DNA of 38,885 nt from Trichomonas gallinae (GCA_008369845.1 MRSU01007649.1:1-38885); one strand, 5' to 3'. Counted from the stretch's first letter, positions 17,830 to 29,700 are shown. The notes: a model not told the origin generated them from the sequence alone. Translations and numbers: made by a program.

Positions 17830-20800
17830 TTAATATTTGTATTGCGGAATTGTTTTAGGGGCACCAAAAGCTCTTGACTTAGAAAGGAATGCTTTATTTG
17901 CACTGAATGAGCGATTGACTAAATCAAGAATATTCTTTTTGAGTTGTTGAGATGACTCATCATCAGGGAACTTCTCAACGGTCTGTATCAAGAAATTCGA
18001 TAATTTTGTCGTTTCAAGGAAAGGATCAAGTGTTGTTCCTCTTAAGAATTTGACGATAACTTGAACAGCCATTTCTATTATACTTGGGTACATCATGTCT
18101 TCGTTACTGAGCATCTCGTTGATTGCAGAGAGAAGGTCCGAAACTGCTTCAGAGTCCCTCTCAAGTGTCACAGGGTTGACATGATTAAGAAGTTTCAATG
18201 TCCTGTAAACTATTTGTGGGTCTTCCCGGTAAATAAGAGGGATAATAATAGTTTTGATATCATGTACTTGCACTGATCCTTCCATGTGCAAAATGAGGAC
18301 GGTTAGTGTGTCCAAGATGTCCTCTTTATGCGATAACTCGTTGACCATTCTTTGCATCAAACAAGAGACAATAACTGATGCTTGCTGAAGCTCAGCGTGA
18401 TGCTCGAGCGCATTCTTTATAATCTTGTTCGGAGCGAGGCTGTCGGGTATGGATGAGCTGCAGAACAGTTGTACAAATGGTTGGAAAACACCATTATCTG
18501 CTAATTTGCTGCAGCCAGTTTGATGTGATGACATTGCTGAAATTAAACGAATCGAACAGTCTCTGTAATGCTCATCCATTAATCTTAAGGCAAGCAAGTG
18601 CACTGTACTGTCCATAACATTGTTCTTTTCCATGCAAAATTCTTCGAATGAAGTCAAAGCCGTGAGAATCTGCAGTTTTTGTTCATCATAGCCTTTAACA
18701 TCGAATAAAGCACTCATTAGATCTTCTTGTTTAGCTATTGCTAGTGCAGCTTCTTTAATCTGAGAAATGCAAAACATTACAAGAAGAGGAGCCATAATTT
18801 GTTCTGTTGGTACATTCTCTTTGAAGCTCAATAATAATGACTTCAAGATTCCAAATAATCCTTCTTGTTTCCACAGAAGATCAAATGGGAAGTTTTGTTC
18901 TGCGAGAAGGAACTTAACGAGATGGCCACCGAGTTCAACTTTATGAAGGGCTTTAAGAATTTCGATTACAAATGCTGGATAATCCAATGGATAACTACAT
19001 GATTGAAGATCATCAACAAATTTGTCTTTCATTGCTTCACTAACGAATGAAATCAATGGGTAGAACTTATATATCTGTGAATGATCGATTATATCCTTAA
19101 CAAGGCTGAATAAACTGATAACTGTTTCAAAATTCTCGTTTGCTTCAAGAGCTTCTGCTTGTTTAACAACATAAGTCAATACTGAAGGGAGAACTTGTGA
19201 GATTTTCTCTTTATATTGTTCATTCAAATCATTAAATCTAACAACTACTCTAAAAACGCATAAAATATGCTTGTATACTGATAAATCTTTGTTGTCGTTA
19301 TCATAGGACTCTTCTGTCTCTGAAATTTGGTTTTCATCTAAAATTTTGATAATATTTGGTAAAAGTTTTGAAAACCTATTAAGCAAAGAGTCTGGCATGC
19401 GAATTAAGAAGCGCAAGGCTCCATATTTTGGATTAATCTTCGAATTATTTATAGTTTCATTTAACATCAAATCACCACCTGATTCTAGGAAAGAAATCCA
19501 CTCTTCTTCTCCACTTAGAAGGTTTGATGCGAGCAAAAGTATATAATTGAAGTGATCCATCTTATTATTTTGAACAATTTTATCAATAACATTAACTTTT
19601 CGAAGAATTTCAACAACATGTGCATCAATGTGCTCAGCGATGAACTGCAAGACTCCTCCAAAGTATTGGTGGTTTGGATCCTTAAGTACAGAAATTGCAT
19701 ATTCTTCATTGATCGGAGGGCAGCGAACTTCCTTTTTCAGGGCTGCATAGTCGATGTCATCACTGTCTGGGAATTTAATTAAGCCGCTTTCGAATTGTTG
19801 AACGATTTCTGAAAATTCTGGTCTTTCTTTAGGATCTTTTGCCCAGCATTGAGTGATAAGCTTAACAAGTCCAGGTGATGCTTCAGATGGAATTGGAAGA
19901 CGCCAGCCGAAAGTTACGACGTGCTCGTAAATTTTATCCAAAACTTTGTCGTTAAATGGAACTTCTTTCGTAAGCATCTCCCAAAGAACTATAGCGTATG
20001 AGTATACATCGACTTTGTTGTCGTAATTCCTTGTTCTCACTAAAATTTCTGGAGCTGAGTAATGCGGTGTTCCCACTGATTCGAATGGTGTTTCGTTACC
20101 TTCAAGTTTACCAGAAAGTCCGAAATCTGCTATACATGCGTTGTTCTTGTCGTCTAATAAAATATTTAATGTTTTAAGATCTCTGTGAACGATTTTTTGC
20201 GAATGTAAGTAACACATACCAGAAGCTACTTGGTATGCGATTTTAGTTAATTCTGTTTGAGTCAATGGTTGCAACATTTTAGCTCGATGAAGTCGATCGA
20301 ACAAAGATCTACCAGAACAGAACCTAGTAATGATGCAATAAGGTTCAGTAACGTGAGCACCGACAAGTTCAAGCACACAAGGGTGATGAATGTTGCACAT
20401 TGTGAAAATCTCAAAAAATATCGAATACCAAGAAATCGGACTGAGCTTGTCGCCTCTGAATTTTTTGACTGCAACGAACTCAGATGTATTCTTTTTCGTG
20501 GCTTTTGAAACGGTTCCGAAGCCTCCTGCGCCGAGATGATCGTTTTGGGACAAATTGTAATCGAGATCATTTTCATTTATATTCAGTTCCATGTAGTTGT
20601 TGATCTTCTCCTTGAATATGCTCTTTTGGCCTTCGATTTCTGTAATTTTTTCGATCGCGAGTTTAACTTTCGGATATTCTGGGCTATTTTCGTCAATTCC
20701 GACGAGAATTTGCGTGAGTTTCTTCCTGATCTTTGACAAATCTGATTTCTTATTGTATGCTTGCTGCTGAGGATCTACTGGAATCGTTAATGAATTCTTT

Positions 20801-21159
20801 GTTAGAACTTTTACTGAGTCCAAAAACTTCATTAGGAAAACCTCTTGAAGTGTTTCTATGGTATTGGACTTATCATTATTGTAATTACGCGTGTTATACA
20901 AAATATAATTTAGCCATTTGTCTTTGCTGTATTCTTCGAGCGATTTAATGTAGTCTTCGATGATCTTTATGATCTGGCGGAGTGCTTCTGTGTAGTTTGG
21001 TTGTGTTTCGACTTTATTTGTTTTCAGGTAATCCAGAAATTTCTGCATGTACTGGCAGTTGAAAGCACTTGAAGCGCGGAAAATATAGCACTCTTTTGCT
21101 AAGGTAGTGGCTTTATTAACAACATCTTCCAAGGCCTTAACTGAGTCCTCAAATGACAT
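17830..21159 (-). CDS. TKL family protein kinase with N-terminal helical bundle and C-terminal ARM/HEAT-like region
   Basis: LGAGGFGTV, VAVKK, HRDLKTLNILL, DFG, GTPHYSAPE, DVYSYAIVLWEM and CWAKDPKERP; about 640 aa of Leu-rich helical repeats follow. Confidence 0.93.
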   Translation of the reverse strand: MSFEDSVKALEDVVNKATTLAKECYIFRASSAFNCQYMQKFLDYLKTNKVETQPNYTEALRQIIKIIEDYIKSLEEYSKDKWLNYILYNTRNYNNDKSNTIETLQEVFLMKFLDSVKVLTKNSLTIPVDPQQQAYNKKSDLSKIRKKLTQILVGIDENSPEYPKVKLAIEKITEIEGQKSIFKEKINNYMELNINENDLDYNLSQNDHLGAGGFGTVSKATKKNTSEFVAVKKFRGDKLSPISWYSIFFEIFTMCNIHHPCVLELVGAHVTEPYCIITRFCSGRSLFDRLHRAKMLQPLTQTELTKIAYQVASGMCYLHSQKIVHRDLKTLNILLDDKNNACIADFGLSGKLEGNETPFESVGTPHYSAPEILVRTRNYDNKVDVYSYAIVLWEMLTKEVPFNDKVLDKIYEHVVTFGWRLPIPSEASPGLVKLITQCWAKDPKERPEFSEIVQQFESGLIKFPDSDDIDYAALKKEVRCPPINEEYAISVLKDPNHQYFGGVLQFIAEHIDAHVVEILRKVNVIDKIVQNNKMDHFNYILLLASNLLSGEEEWISFLESGGDLMLNETINNSKINPKYGALRFLIRMPDSLLNRFSKLLPNIIKILDENQISETEESYDNDNKDLSVYKHILCVFRVVVRFNDLNEQYKEKISQVLPSVLTYVVKQAEALEANENFETVISLFSLVKDIIDHSQIYKFYPLISFVSEAMKDKFVDDLQSCSYPLDYPAFVIEILKALHKVELGGHLVKFLLAEQNFPFDLLWKQEGLFGILKSLLLSFKENVPTEQIMAPLLVMFCISQIKEAALAIAKQEDLMSALFDVKGYDEQKLQILTALTSFEEFCMEKNNVMDSTVHLLALRLMDEHYRDCSIRLISAMSSHQTGCSKLADNGVFQPFVQLFCSSSIPDSLAPNKIIKNALEHHAELQQASVIVSCLMQRMVNELSHKEDILDTLTVLILHMEGSVQVHDIKTIIIPLIYREDPQIVYRTLKLLNHVNPVTLERDSEAVSDLLSAINEMLSNEDMMYPSIIEMAVQVIVKFLRGTTLDPFLETTKLSNFLIQTVEKFPDDESSQQLKKNILDLVNRSFSANKAFLSKSRAFGAPKTIPQYKY

Positions 21160-21180
21160 TGTTTATCGTCCTGACTTTAC

Positions 21181-21380
21181 AACTATTCAATAATAAACCC
21201 ACATTTAATTTTTACGACCCTCAATAATATAAACTATTCAATTATACCCCCTAATTAAAATAATCAGACCCTTAATTACATTATTTTATTCACCCCTAAA
21301 CAACTTTTTACGACCCTCAACAATATAAACTATTCAATATTACCCCCTAATTAATATAACCAAACCCTTAATAATATTTT
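21181..21380. repeat. Tandem ~96-bp CCC-rich direct repeat (two copies plus a partial copy)
   Basis: tttttacgaccctcaa(t/c)aatataaactattcaa...taccccctaattaa...acccttaat at 21209 and 21305 (offset 96); partial aactattcaa...accc at 21181. Confidence 0.9.
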
Positions 21381-21680
21381 CTCTATTCTATGTTAGATAA
21401 TTTGTGTGAGTTTCTTGGCGCTATTATTGTTGAGTGCGTAATTATTTGACTGCTATTTAGACCCATTTTACGGTCCGAGCATACTGTTTTCTTTAGTTCT
21501 AGCCAAAATGATATTTATCAATTAGATATTAAACATGCTTCATCAAACATGTTGTTGCGTTTCTAGGATATAAGAAACTCTCGAGAAACTTATTAAACGT
21601 GATAAGATAGGTGTTTTATATACACTATTTTATATGAATAACAATCTTTCGATGTGCTTGTATCACCTCCGAAAACATGC

Positions 21681-21760
21681 TTACCCTCTTATTAAGTTTA
21701 ACAAATCCTCATTAATAATTAACCCCTAAATAATTTTTTCTGACCCTAAATATAATAAAT
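21681..21760. repeat. Diverged third copy of the CCC-rich repeat
   Basis: acccctaaataattttttctgaccctaaa (21722) versus acccctaaacaactttttacgaccctcaa (21292), same orientation. Confidence 0.65.
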
Positions 21761-21847
21761 CATTTTACATAACAAAATTTTGCATTTTTGTATAGTTTAC
21801 GTGTCATATGTTGTAACGAAAAAAATTGAGAAGATTTTATATTTTAC

Positions 21848-22933
21848 ATGATTTCGCCTCGTTCTCCTAAAACAGGGAAAAACTCAGCAAGGAGGGCACC
21901 GCGAAAGATAGTTCCACACTATATATACACAGAAGAAAATTTATACAATTTAAAAGAAGTAGTTTTATCTGTAATAAATGGAATAGGCATGGATACGATT
22001 GATCCTGTCATTTTTATGAATCTAATCGGGCCATTAAACGATGCTGCTATAAGAATGCACCGATGCAAGAACTTTAGCGCTGTTAAACAAATTGATCAAG
22101 CTTTAGATTACATTTCTGAATACATCAAAAAGAAAAATGAGGCTGAAATGGAGGGTTCACCTCAACGCGACTATTCTTTTATCTATTATTCGAATCCTGA
22201 TATGAAGCCCATTGTTGAATCAATGCTAGAAGGAGAACAACCACCTCCAATGTCACCAAAGGATAAAAGAGAGATCATGGATAAACTACAAGTGCTCGTT
22301 ACTGCTTCTCCTAATGAAGAAATTTCTGATTTGGCACAAACTGCACTAAATAGATTTAATGCAACCAGAAAATTAAGCGAAAGAATATACACAGATGCTG
22401 ACTTTTTAGATGATGAGAGCGCATTATCAAAAGAAACGTTAATTGAAAGAGTTCAAGAAAATGTTCATAAAATGCTTAGAAAGAACAAAATTGATGAACA
22501 GACTGAGATAGAGAAACTAGATAATGACTTACAAGCCCAGTTGAACCTTGTTCAAAGAATTCACGAATTATATCCTCCAAAAATACAAAAATCTTATTCA
22601 GCAGATATTGCTGAGCTCAAAAAGAAACAAAGAATGTTTAATACAATGAATCAGCCGGCAAAAGCACTCAGAGTTCAAAATAAAATCGAAGAACTTAAAC
22701 AAAAAGAAATTGAGGAGTATCAGAACAAAATGGATGCAGATTTGGAAGCAAGAAGAAATCAAATATTAACAAAATACGAAGAAAAACGAACAATGAAACA
22801 AAAATATTATAAAATGAAAGCAATTCAAATAAGAGAAAGCGGAAAAAAGGAAATAATTAAAATAGAGAGAACAGGAATTCCTAGGAGTAGTACTTTAACT
22901 GGAATTTTACCACGATTAAGATCTGATTATTAA
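21848..22933 (+). CDS. Hypothetical coiled-coil protein (361 aa)
   Basis: ATG ORF with a K/E/Q-rich heptad-like C-terminal half; no family recognised. Confidence 0.8.
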   Translation: MISPRSPKTGKNSARRAPRKIVPHYIYTEENLYNLKEVVLSVINGIGMDTIDPVIFMNLIGPLNDAAIRMHRCKNFSAVKQIDQALDYISEYIKKKNEAEMEGSPQRDYSFIYYSNPDMKPIVESMLEGEQPPPMSPKDKREIMDKLQVLVTASPNEEISDLAQTALNRFNATRKLSERIYTDADFLDDESALSKETLIERVQENVHKMLRKNKIDEQTEIEKLDNDLQAQLNLVQRIHELYPPKIQKSYSADIAELKKKQRMFNTMNQPAKALRVQNKIEELKQKEIEEYQNKMDADLEARRNQILTKYEEKRTMKQKYYKMKAIQIRESGKKEIIKIERTGIPRSSTLTGILPRLRSDY

Positions 22934-23972
22934 AATTATTATTTGTAATGTGTTTAAACATATCATGTTATGTATTCTACGATAATTTATAAAAGTTTAG
23001 TGATAATCTATTTATTCAACATGAAATATATTATGAATTAATAAATTAAAGGATTCAATAAAAAAGAAATATAAAATATATCATATTTGTTTAATTGTAA
23101 AACAATGCCATACAAGAAATTCCTATAAATCAAGATATTCAAAATTTTCTTCTTTTTTTCTTTCGCAAAATGCATTTCTATGATGTAGAGTTTCATGCCT
23201 ACAATTGTATAAACAAAAAAGTGTCATATTTATTAATGTATTAATTTTCATCTGAGTATCTATATTGTACAATAGATACTCATTGAAAATTTTATTTATA
23301 TAAATCCATAAATTGTTGATGACAAATGTACATATCCATATTGCCTAATTATACTTTAATCATTCATGGTAAGTCGCATTTTGTCATGGAATCTCGTCTC
23401 ATCTTGAGTCAATATTGAATGCTTTAAATACAAGATACCAAAAGACACCGAGAAACTCTAACATCAAATATTTGACACAAAAAAGTCTATTCTGAATTAG
23501 ATAAATCTTGATTAACTTCTAAGACCTTCACAAATTATTGAGAACTGAGTCCTCTTGACACATTCAACAAATTTAATAACGTACAAAATGCGGGTCAGAA
23601 ATTAGGTCGTACCAAACGTTTGACCAAATAAGTAAGAATTTTTGAATCTTTTTCGATTTTAAATTTTGATGAACGTTAAAAGTTCACAAAATTTGAATGA
23701 AGAAAAAGATTTGATAATTGTTTTGCCCATTATTAAAGTTTGTTGTTACAAATGATTTTTTTCACCTATTTCACACTCGTTGAATTGTTCTAAACTGATT
23801 AAAGTTACACCTAAAGCCATTAATAAATTATGTTGACTTGTCTTTATAATTTGTTACATTTTTCAAACTTTAATCTCTAATTTGTCAATTTTTAGAAATA
23901 AAAAATAGTTTAATTGTAAATGACGAATGTTTATATAAATATATTAATAACAATATAACAAAATTTAACAAA

Positions 23973-26411
23973 TTAATCAACAGGGAAAGCTTTTGCCTGG
24001 AACTTTTCGAGCAAATCCGCTGGAATGCTCGTAAACTTAAGTTCGTAAAGTCTTGTTATGCTTTCCCAAGGTGAATCTTCTCTGCTGAGCATCAGCTCAT
24101 ATATCATCTCGCTGTTAGATACGAGAACTTCTTCCATGGAGTTGAAGTCTTTAGGCACAGACCATTTGAGAAGCTTGAAGAAAAAGTTTGTCACGGAAAG
24201 TCTCATCTGTCCGTCTAATTTCCTTTGTTCATCAAGCTTAAGAAAAGTGAAGTGTGCTGGCTCAGCGAGAAACTCGACACTGAAAGTAATGCATGGAACA
24301 TATAGTTCGCCTAAAACAGCGCGAGTTTTCACTTCACTTAAAGCAGCAGCTGCATTAACTTTAAGCTTTGGCGACTTTGATTCTGTTAATGCTGCCAAAA
24401 GAGCCGAGCAGCAGTTGTAGTTCATATATCCGAATTGTGCTGCCGTTGTCAAAGCTGCAGCTGCTTCCCACTTAACTTCACTGTCAGTTGAATTTGAGAT
24501 CATCGATATAATCCTTTCTAACGCTTCATCCCTCTCGAACTGGTCGTCCATGAATGGCAAAACATAAGCAATGCATGAAGATGAATAAGGTGAATTGTTT
24601 GCTGTTGCGATTTTAACGACATCATCCTTCCATTGTTTCTCGAATTGGTCTTTATATTTTGTCGCGAAAACTTTAAGAACTTTTGAAAGCGGGCCGAGTT
24701 GTGGTGGTTGTGCGTTCAATAGCTTAATATATGACTCACATAGGAATGTGCTGGAATATTCTGGAGCACTGGAGTCAGCTAATAAGCCAATAGCGTCGTA
24801 TGCACTTTCAGAATCATTCGCTAAAACCGTAGATAAGCAAGTTCTTTGTAAACCATCTGAAAGATTCGAGAAAATGAAGCTGCTCTGACCAATACATTCC
24901 AAAGCTAGTTTAATGGCTGTCTTATTTCCGTTTTCGAAGGCGAGTGGAACATAATATGTGATAATTTCGTCCCATATTGGAATTTCGTTTATTTGATTTG
25001 TTGCAAGTCTTATAATGACTTGGAAAGCGTTCTTGGCATCAACATTTTTGAGAATCGAGCTTAATAATTCCCATCTTTTCACACATTCAGTTGAATAAGC
25101 GTAAGAAATGCGTCTCATAGCTTGTGAGACCGTTTTATGTATATCAGCATTCTCTGATTTCATGTTGTTCAAGAAAGAATTGAAAATAAAATCAAATGCA
25201 TTTGAAAACTCTTCGTTTTCGATTGATGTCCACAACAAACCTTTAAGAACGGAAAGTACTTCTTCAGGATACTCACCAATATTCGTTTCTGCCCATTCAA
25301 CAACTCTTGTGAGATATCCACTCTTTAAATGACCAGAATCGAATGAAACATCCTTTACGAATATGGCAAAAGCATGAGCTGTCTTTGACCATGCAGCAGC
25401 TTCTATTCTCGGCGTTTTATTTAATACTTCAAAGAATTTTGTAAAACAAATATCGATAATTTCACCGATTTGCGAAGCCAATGTTGTGAAAGCATGGACT
25501 TTGTCGATGTTGTTGGCGATTTTCATATAGTTATAGGCTCCAGTAAACATTTCTGCCAGTAAATCTGCTGTTGTTTTCGCTAAACGTGGATTTACGTTGA
25601 AAAGATCGAATAAAGAGGTCTTTCCTGTAAGAAGGAGAGGCCACTGGGCATAGAATGAGTTAGAAGTTGCGCTTGCGAGAGCTTTTAAGACCATTAATGC
25701 TTCGAATCTTAATGGAACTTGGCCAGGTGAAAATACTATATTGGAAACGCTGCTGGTGATAGACTGTAAGTCGAAAGTTCGTGGAGGAGCGTCTAAAACT
25801 GTTAATTGCAAAGACCTTAATGCGGATTTTTGAATTTCTGTGTTTTTAGTGCTAATTGCTTGTGTTAAAAAGCGAATTGTTCGAATATATATAGTTGAGT
25901 CGAGTTGTTTTCCACTAAAAGCTGTAATATTTCCAATAATTGTAATGCATCTGCGATAAGATTCTTCTGATATCTTGAATTGCGACAAGCACAAAGAGAG
26001 AATCTCTTCGTGGAAGTTTTTAAGCCTCAACGTATTTCCGTATAATATTGAAGAAATTGCTCTAAGCAAAGGAGAGGGATCTGCTTTGAATTTCTTTATG
26101 TGCGCAATGAGAATAGATACAACTGTCGTAATTGCTTCGTCTGTGAACTGTAAAAATTTTTTATCAACGCAAATTGAAGCGATAGCATCGCAAAACTTAG
26201 TCAAAATATCTGGATTTGGAGAAATAACTTCCGCAATAGTAGCAAGCAAGTCGCCAATTTCTGTTGGCGATTTTGATACAATTGTTTTGTTTTGTAATTG
26301 CTGAATGGCACTGATTATCCGAGATTCGATGTGGTTGGAGATTGGTTTGTCGTGATAATCAATGAATTCGTCAATCAAATCCTCAGCTGTGAGTTTAGAA
26401 TTCTTATGCAT
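23973..26411 (-). CDS. HEAT repeat protein, HEATR6/DUF4042-like
   Basis: Motifs FYAQWPLLL, AFTTLASQIG, EVKWEAAAAL and KLKVNAAAAL resemble HEATR6 blocks. ATG 26411 (MHKNSK), preceded by Inr-like TCACTTT, is preferred over 26471. Confidence 0.75.
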   Translation of the reverse strand: MHKNSKLTAEDLIDEFIDYHDKPISNHIESRIISAIQQLQNKTIVSKSPTEIGDLLATIAEVISPNPDILTKFCDAIASICVDKKFLQFTDEAITTVVSILIAHIKKFKADPSPLLRAISSILYGNTLRLKNFHEEILSLCLSQFKISEESYRRCITIIGNITAFSGKQLDSTIYIRTIRFLTQAISTKNTEIQKSALRSLQLTVLDAPPRTFDLQSITSSVSNIVFSPGQVPLRFEALMVLKALASATSNSFYAQWPLLLTGKTSLFDLFNVNPRLAKTTADLLAEMFTGAYNYMKIANNIDKVHAFTTLASQIGEIIDICFTKFFEVLNKTPRIEAAAWSKTAHAFAIFVKDVSFDSGHLKSGYLTRVVEWAETNIGEYPEEVLSVLKGLLWTSIENEEFSNAFDFIFNSFLNNMKSENADIHKTVSQAMRRISYAYSTECVKRWELLSSILKNVDAKNAFQVIIRLATNQINEIPIWDEIITYYVPLAFENGNKTAIKLALECIGQSSFIFSNLSDGLQRTCLSTVLANDSESAYDAIGLLADSSAPEYSSTFLCESYIKLLNAQPPQLGPLSKVLKVFATKYKDQFEKQWKDDVVKIATANNSPYSSSCIAYVLPFMDDQFERDEALERIISMISNSTDSEVKWEAAAALTTAAQFGYMNYNCCSALLAALTESKSPKLKVNAAAALSEVKTRAVLGELYVPCITFSVEFLAEPAHFTFLKLDEQRKLDGQMRLSVTNFFFKLLKWSVPKDFNSMEEVLVSNSEMIYELMLSREDSPWESITRLYELKFTSIPADLLEKFQAKAFPVD

Positions 26412-26540
26412 TATGAAAAGTGACACTTCTGAATACTTATAATATTTCGGCTTTTTAATGATGAAAATCATTATATTTTCTTATATAAAATCAATTTCAA
26501 TCAATAAAATTCGAAAATTCCTATTATTTAGAATTTTGTA

Positions 26541-26595
26541 ATATTCTAATGATATTCTAATAATATTCTAATAATATTCTAATAATATTCTAATA
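26541..26595. repeat. Minisatellite, 5 x 11 bp (atattctaata)
   Basis: Four exact copies plus one with a single substitution. Confidence 0.92.
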
Positions 26596-26780
26596 ATAAA
26601 TATATATAAAACGACAATGAAGAATTTATTATAATAAAAAACATTTATATTCCATGTTGATATAATGTTAAATTTGAAGATTAATAATATTGCACATATA
26701 ACTTTATTAATAACAACATATATACGTGTAATTATGCTTTCAAAAAGCATAATCAGTAATATATAATAACAATAATATGA

Positions 26781-29700
26781 TTATGAGAATGGATAAAACA
26801 AAAACTGCGATTTTTCAGTCAAAATGCAGAGTCCCAATAGTTGTTGATTGTATTTCATGCATAGAGGCCTTGCACCACAGGCAGCAGCGAAAAGAGGCTT
26901 CTGTGGGAAGAATGCTTCGAAGACAAATATGTTGCCTTGTAAATCAGAACTTGCTACAATATCTACACCTGTATTTGCGTCCTTCCATGTGCAGCATAAA
27001 TATGACCATCTGTCGAATGGCGCTGACTTGATAATAGTTCCGTTGATCGAAATAACAAACATTTCGTGTTGAGTTTTACATAAAATGAGGCCTGTTGTTT
27101 GCGCTATCACTATCTTGTAGATGAATTGGCCTACATTTGCAGAATTCATCACTTTGCTCTTTTCGTTGTCATAAATCAATACTTTTCCATCAGAAAATGC
27201 TACGACGGTTATTCCGAAGAAAGAAGAAACTGCGATGCAAGTAATTCTTTCACAGAAAGCATGTATCTCTTTTTGTAGTTCATTATCAACAATTCGAGTA
27301 ATGATTCCTTGTTCAGTGCAAACAACAGCTGTTTTTCCATCGCAACAAAAGTGCTCTATCTTGTTTGTTTTGTCTGAGTAAACAATTTCTGAGTATTGGT
27401 TTAATATTTTGTTCGATTTTTTGTCGAAAATTAACAAATCGTCATCAACTGTATATATCTTTGATATATTGCAGTCATAGACTTTTTGAGATAATTTAGA
27501 GAATTTTTCATCTAATGAAATTGAATATTTTTCGATTGTATTATTATCGAATGAGATTAAAAGAGAAATATTTCCTTTTTCGTCAAACTTAAAATCAGCG
27601 GCAACTGCTGGCTGATTTGAAATCTTCATTGTGACAACATATTCTATGTCAGGTGATGTAGATGAATACATAACGAAATGAACATGTTCATTAAAAATAG
27701 GAGCAGGAAGAGTTCCATTCTTTTCTATCATCTCCATGAGTTTACCATGATCTTTTGGATCTGATTTCTCCCAGACATCATACAAAAGAGATGGATCATA
27801 GATGTTCATTGTTTTAACCGAATCTTTTCCTGACTGAGCAACGCCAAAAACTAAATCGACCCATTTTCCTAACGATTGTGACAAACTAGGCGAATTTAAT
27901 ATTTTCCTGCATTGATAGACCCACTCGAAAACTTTGCGCTGCTTTTCATCTGGTTTCTCGTTTTCAGGAATGTCCATTGTTACTTTTGTCCAGCTTTCAG
28001 ATGACTTAAGAATAACATGCGGGGAGCCAATCGATCCGATTCTTTCTTCGCTAAATTCATCGACAGGAATTGTTATGCTCATAGAACTTTCATCGCAGCT
28101 GTCATCAGGACTTTTATCATCGTGAACTGATGAACTTGATGCTGAAACTCTTATAGGTGTTGCTGTAATTATCTCAATGCTTGGTGTAGCTAAAGTATTG
28201 CTGCCATTTAAAAATACTTCTGGGACAGAATATACTTCTGGGAAAGCTTCTCTGTTTTCATTGTAAGTGTTAATTCTTTCAAATATTGCATGAACACTTG
28301 GAAAAGAAACTGGGCTACGCTGTTTTGTGTCAATCATTGATGTGGACAAACTTAAATTTTGTGATGCAAAAGGTTCTATTCTAGAAAACATGCTGCAGAC
28401 GAATGATGGATTGTTTGGCGCTTGCATCATCACTGCGTGCGGGTTTGAAACTGCTGATGTTCTCACTTTTGTTGATTGGTATGTTATTGGAAATGTCAGA
28501 TTCCTTAATGATGCAGATTTGAAATATGTTTCAACCCAAGGGAATATTGGATAATGTGAAATATCATTGAAAGATCTTCCTGCGAACATATTCAATAAAA
28601 GAAGGAACTCGTAGTTGGAAAGACTTCCTGAATACCATCTTCCCAACAAATTATATTCTTTAGCTGATTCCATGCCATTTTCTGACTGTATTATTGTGCT
28701 TTGATTAAATTTGATTTCTGTTATTTGATTTATAATTGGAGTAATTTTGTTTGGGGCGAAATCAATGAGGAAAGATTTTCTATTGGTAGTGAATATTTCT
28801 AATGCTGTCTGTTGATGGAATCTATCTCTCAAAAATATTGCTCTGACATTTTTTGGAGGAATAATTGATTCTTTTTTCATGTCGAATACAATATGGATGT
28901 TTTTCTTTTCGATATAAAATTTAACGATGCTGATTTTTGCTGGTTTGATTCTCTTGCCGATGAAAACAGTTGCATTTGAAGGAATTTCAACAGCTGCTGC
29001 AGGCTCAAGAGCTTTTTTGATGCAAAACTTTCTTTTGACAAAAATCGAATCGAAATTCGACAAAAATTTATTGTCTCTTGTCATAATTGATTTTTGAGGT
29101 ATGCTCCATATTGAATCTTCATTCATGTACATGCTCTGGTTTCGTATAATAATATTCCTGATTTTTACATCGTCATCCAACATTTTGTCAATCTTTGCGT
29201 TAGCTGGGTCAACATTTGGAAAATTTGAATTGAGTTTTGCAAGTTTCTTGTCTTGTTTATCTAAAATTTCTAATGTCATTGTTTGGAATTTAACTAATCT
29301 CTTCATCTTTTCTTGTATCAATGATTCAACAGTCAAAAATTCTCTTTCTGAAACAATGTTCATGATTAAACGCTTTTTGTGACTTGCGCTTTTAGGATAT
29401 CTTGCGATTAATGATATCACGTGAAGGATTGGTGTAATTAGTGGTGTTTTCTCTATCATATGATGAAGAATTTCCAATACATATTGTTGCGAGTGAGATA
29501 ATTTGTCCCAGTCTGCCATGTAAAGCCAATATTTGATGCTTTGACTTGGTAAAGTAAAACTTTGTCGAATCTGAGAAAATGTGTGAATATTTGCAATTGG
29601 CTGGGGTGGATTTAATGTAATCCAGTCATCTTTGAATCCACTTTCCAAAGCTTGCTGCAGTAATTTCTCAGAATAATTACATGATTTGAGTCTGATGAAA

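Noticed and set aside
21181..21380. CRISPR array or true telomeric tract
   Set aside because: Eukaryotic context with no unique spacers between short repeats, and no tandem TTAGGG run.
26568..26750. 60-aa ORF
   Set aside because: Extremely AT-rich, ends in the minisatellite, and has noise-like I/F/Y/N composition.
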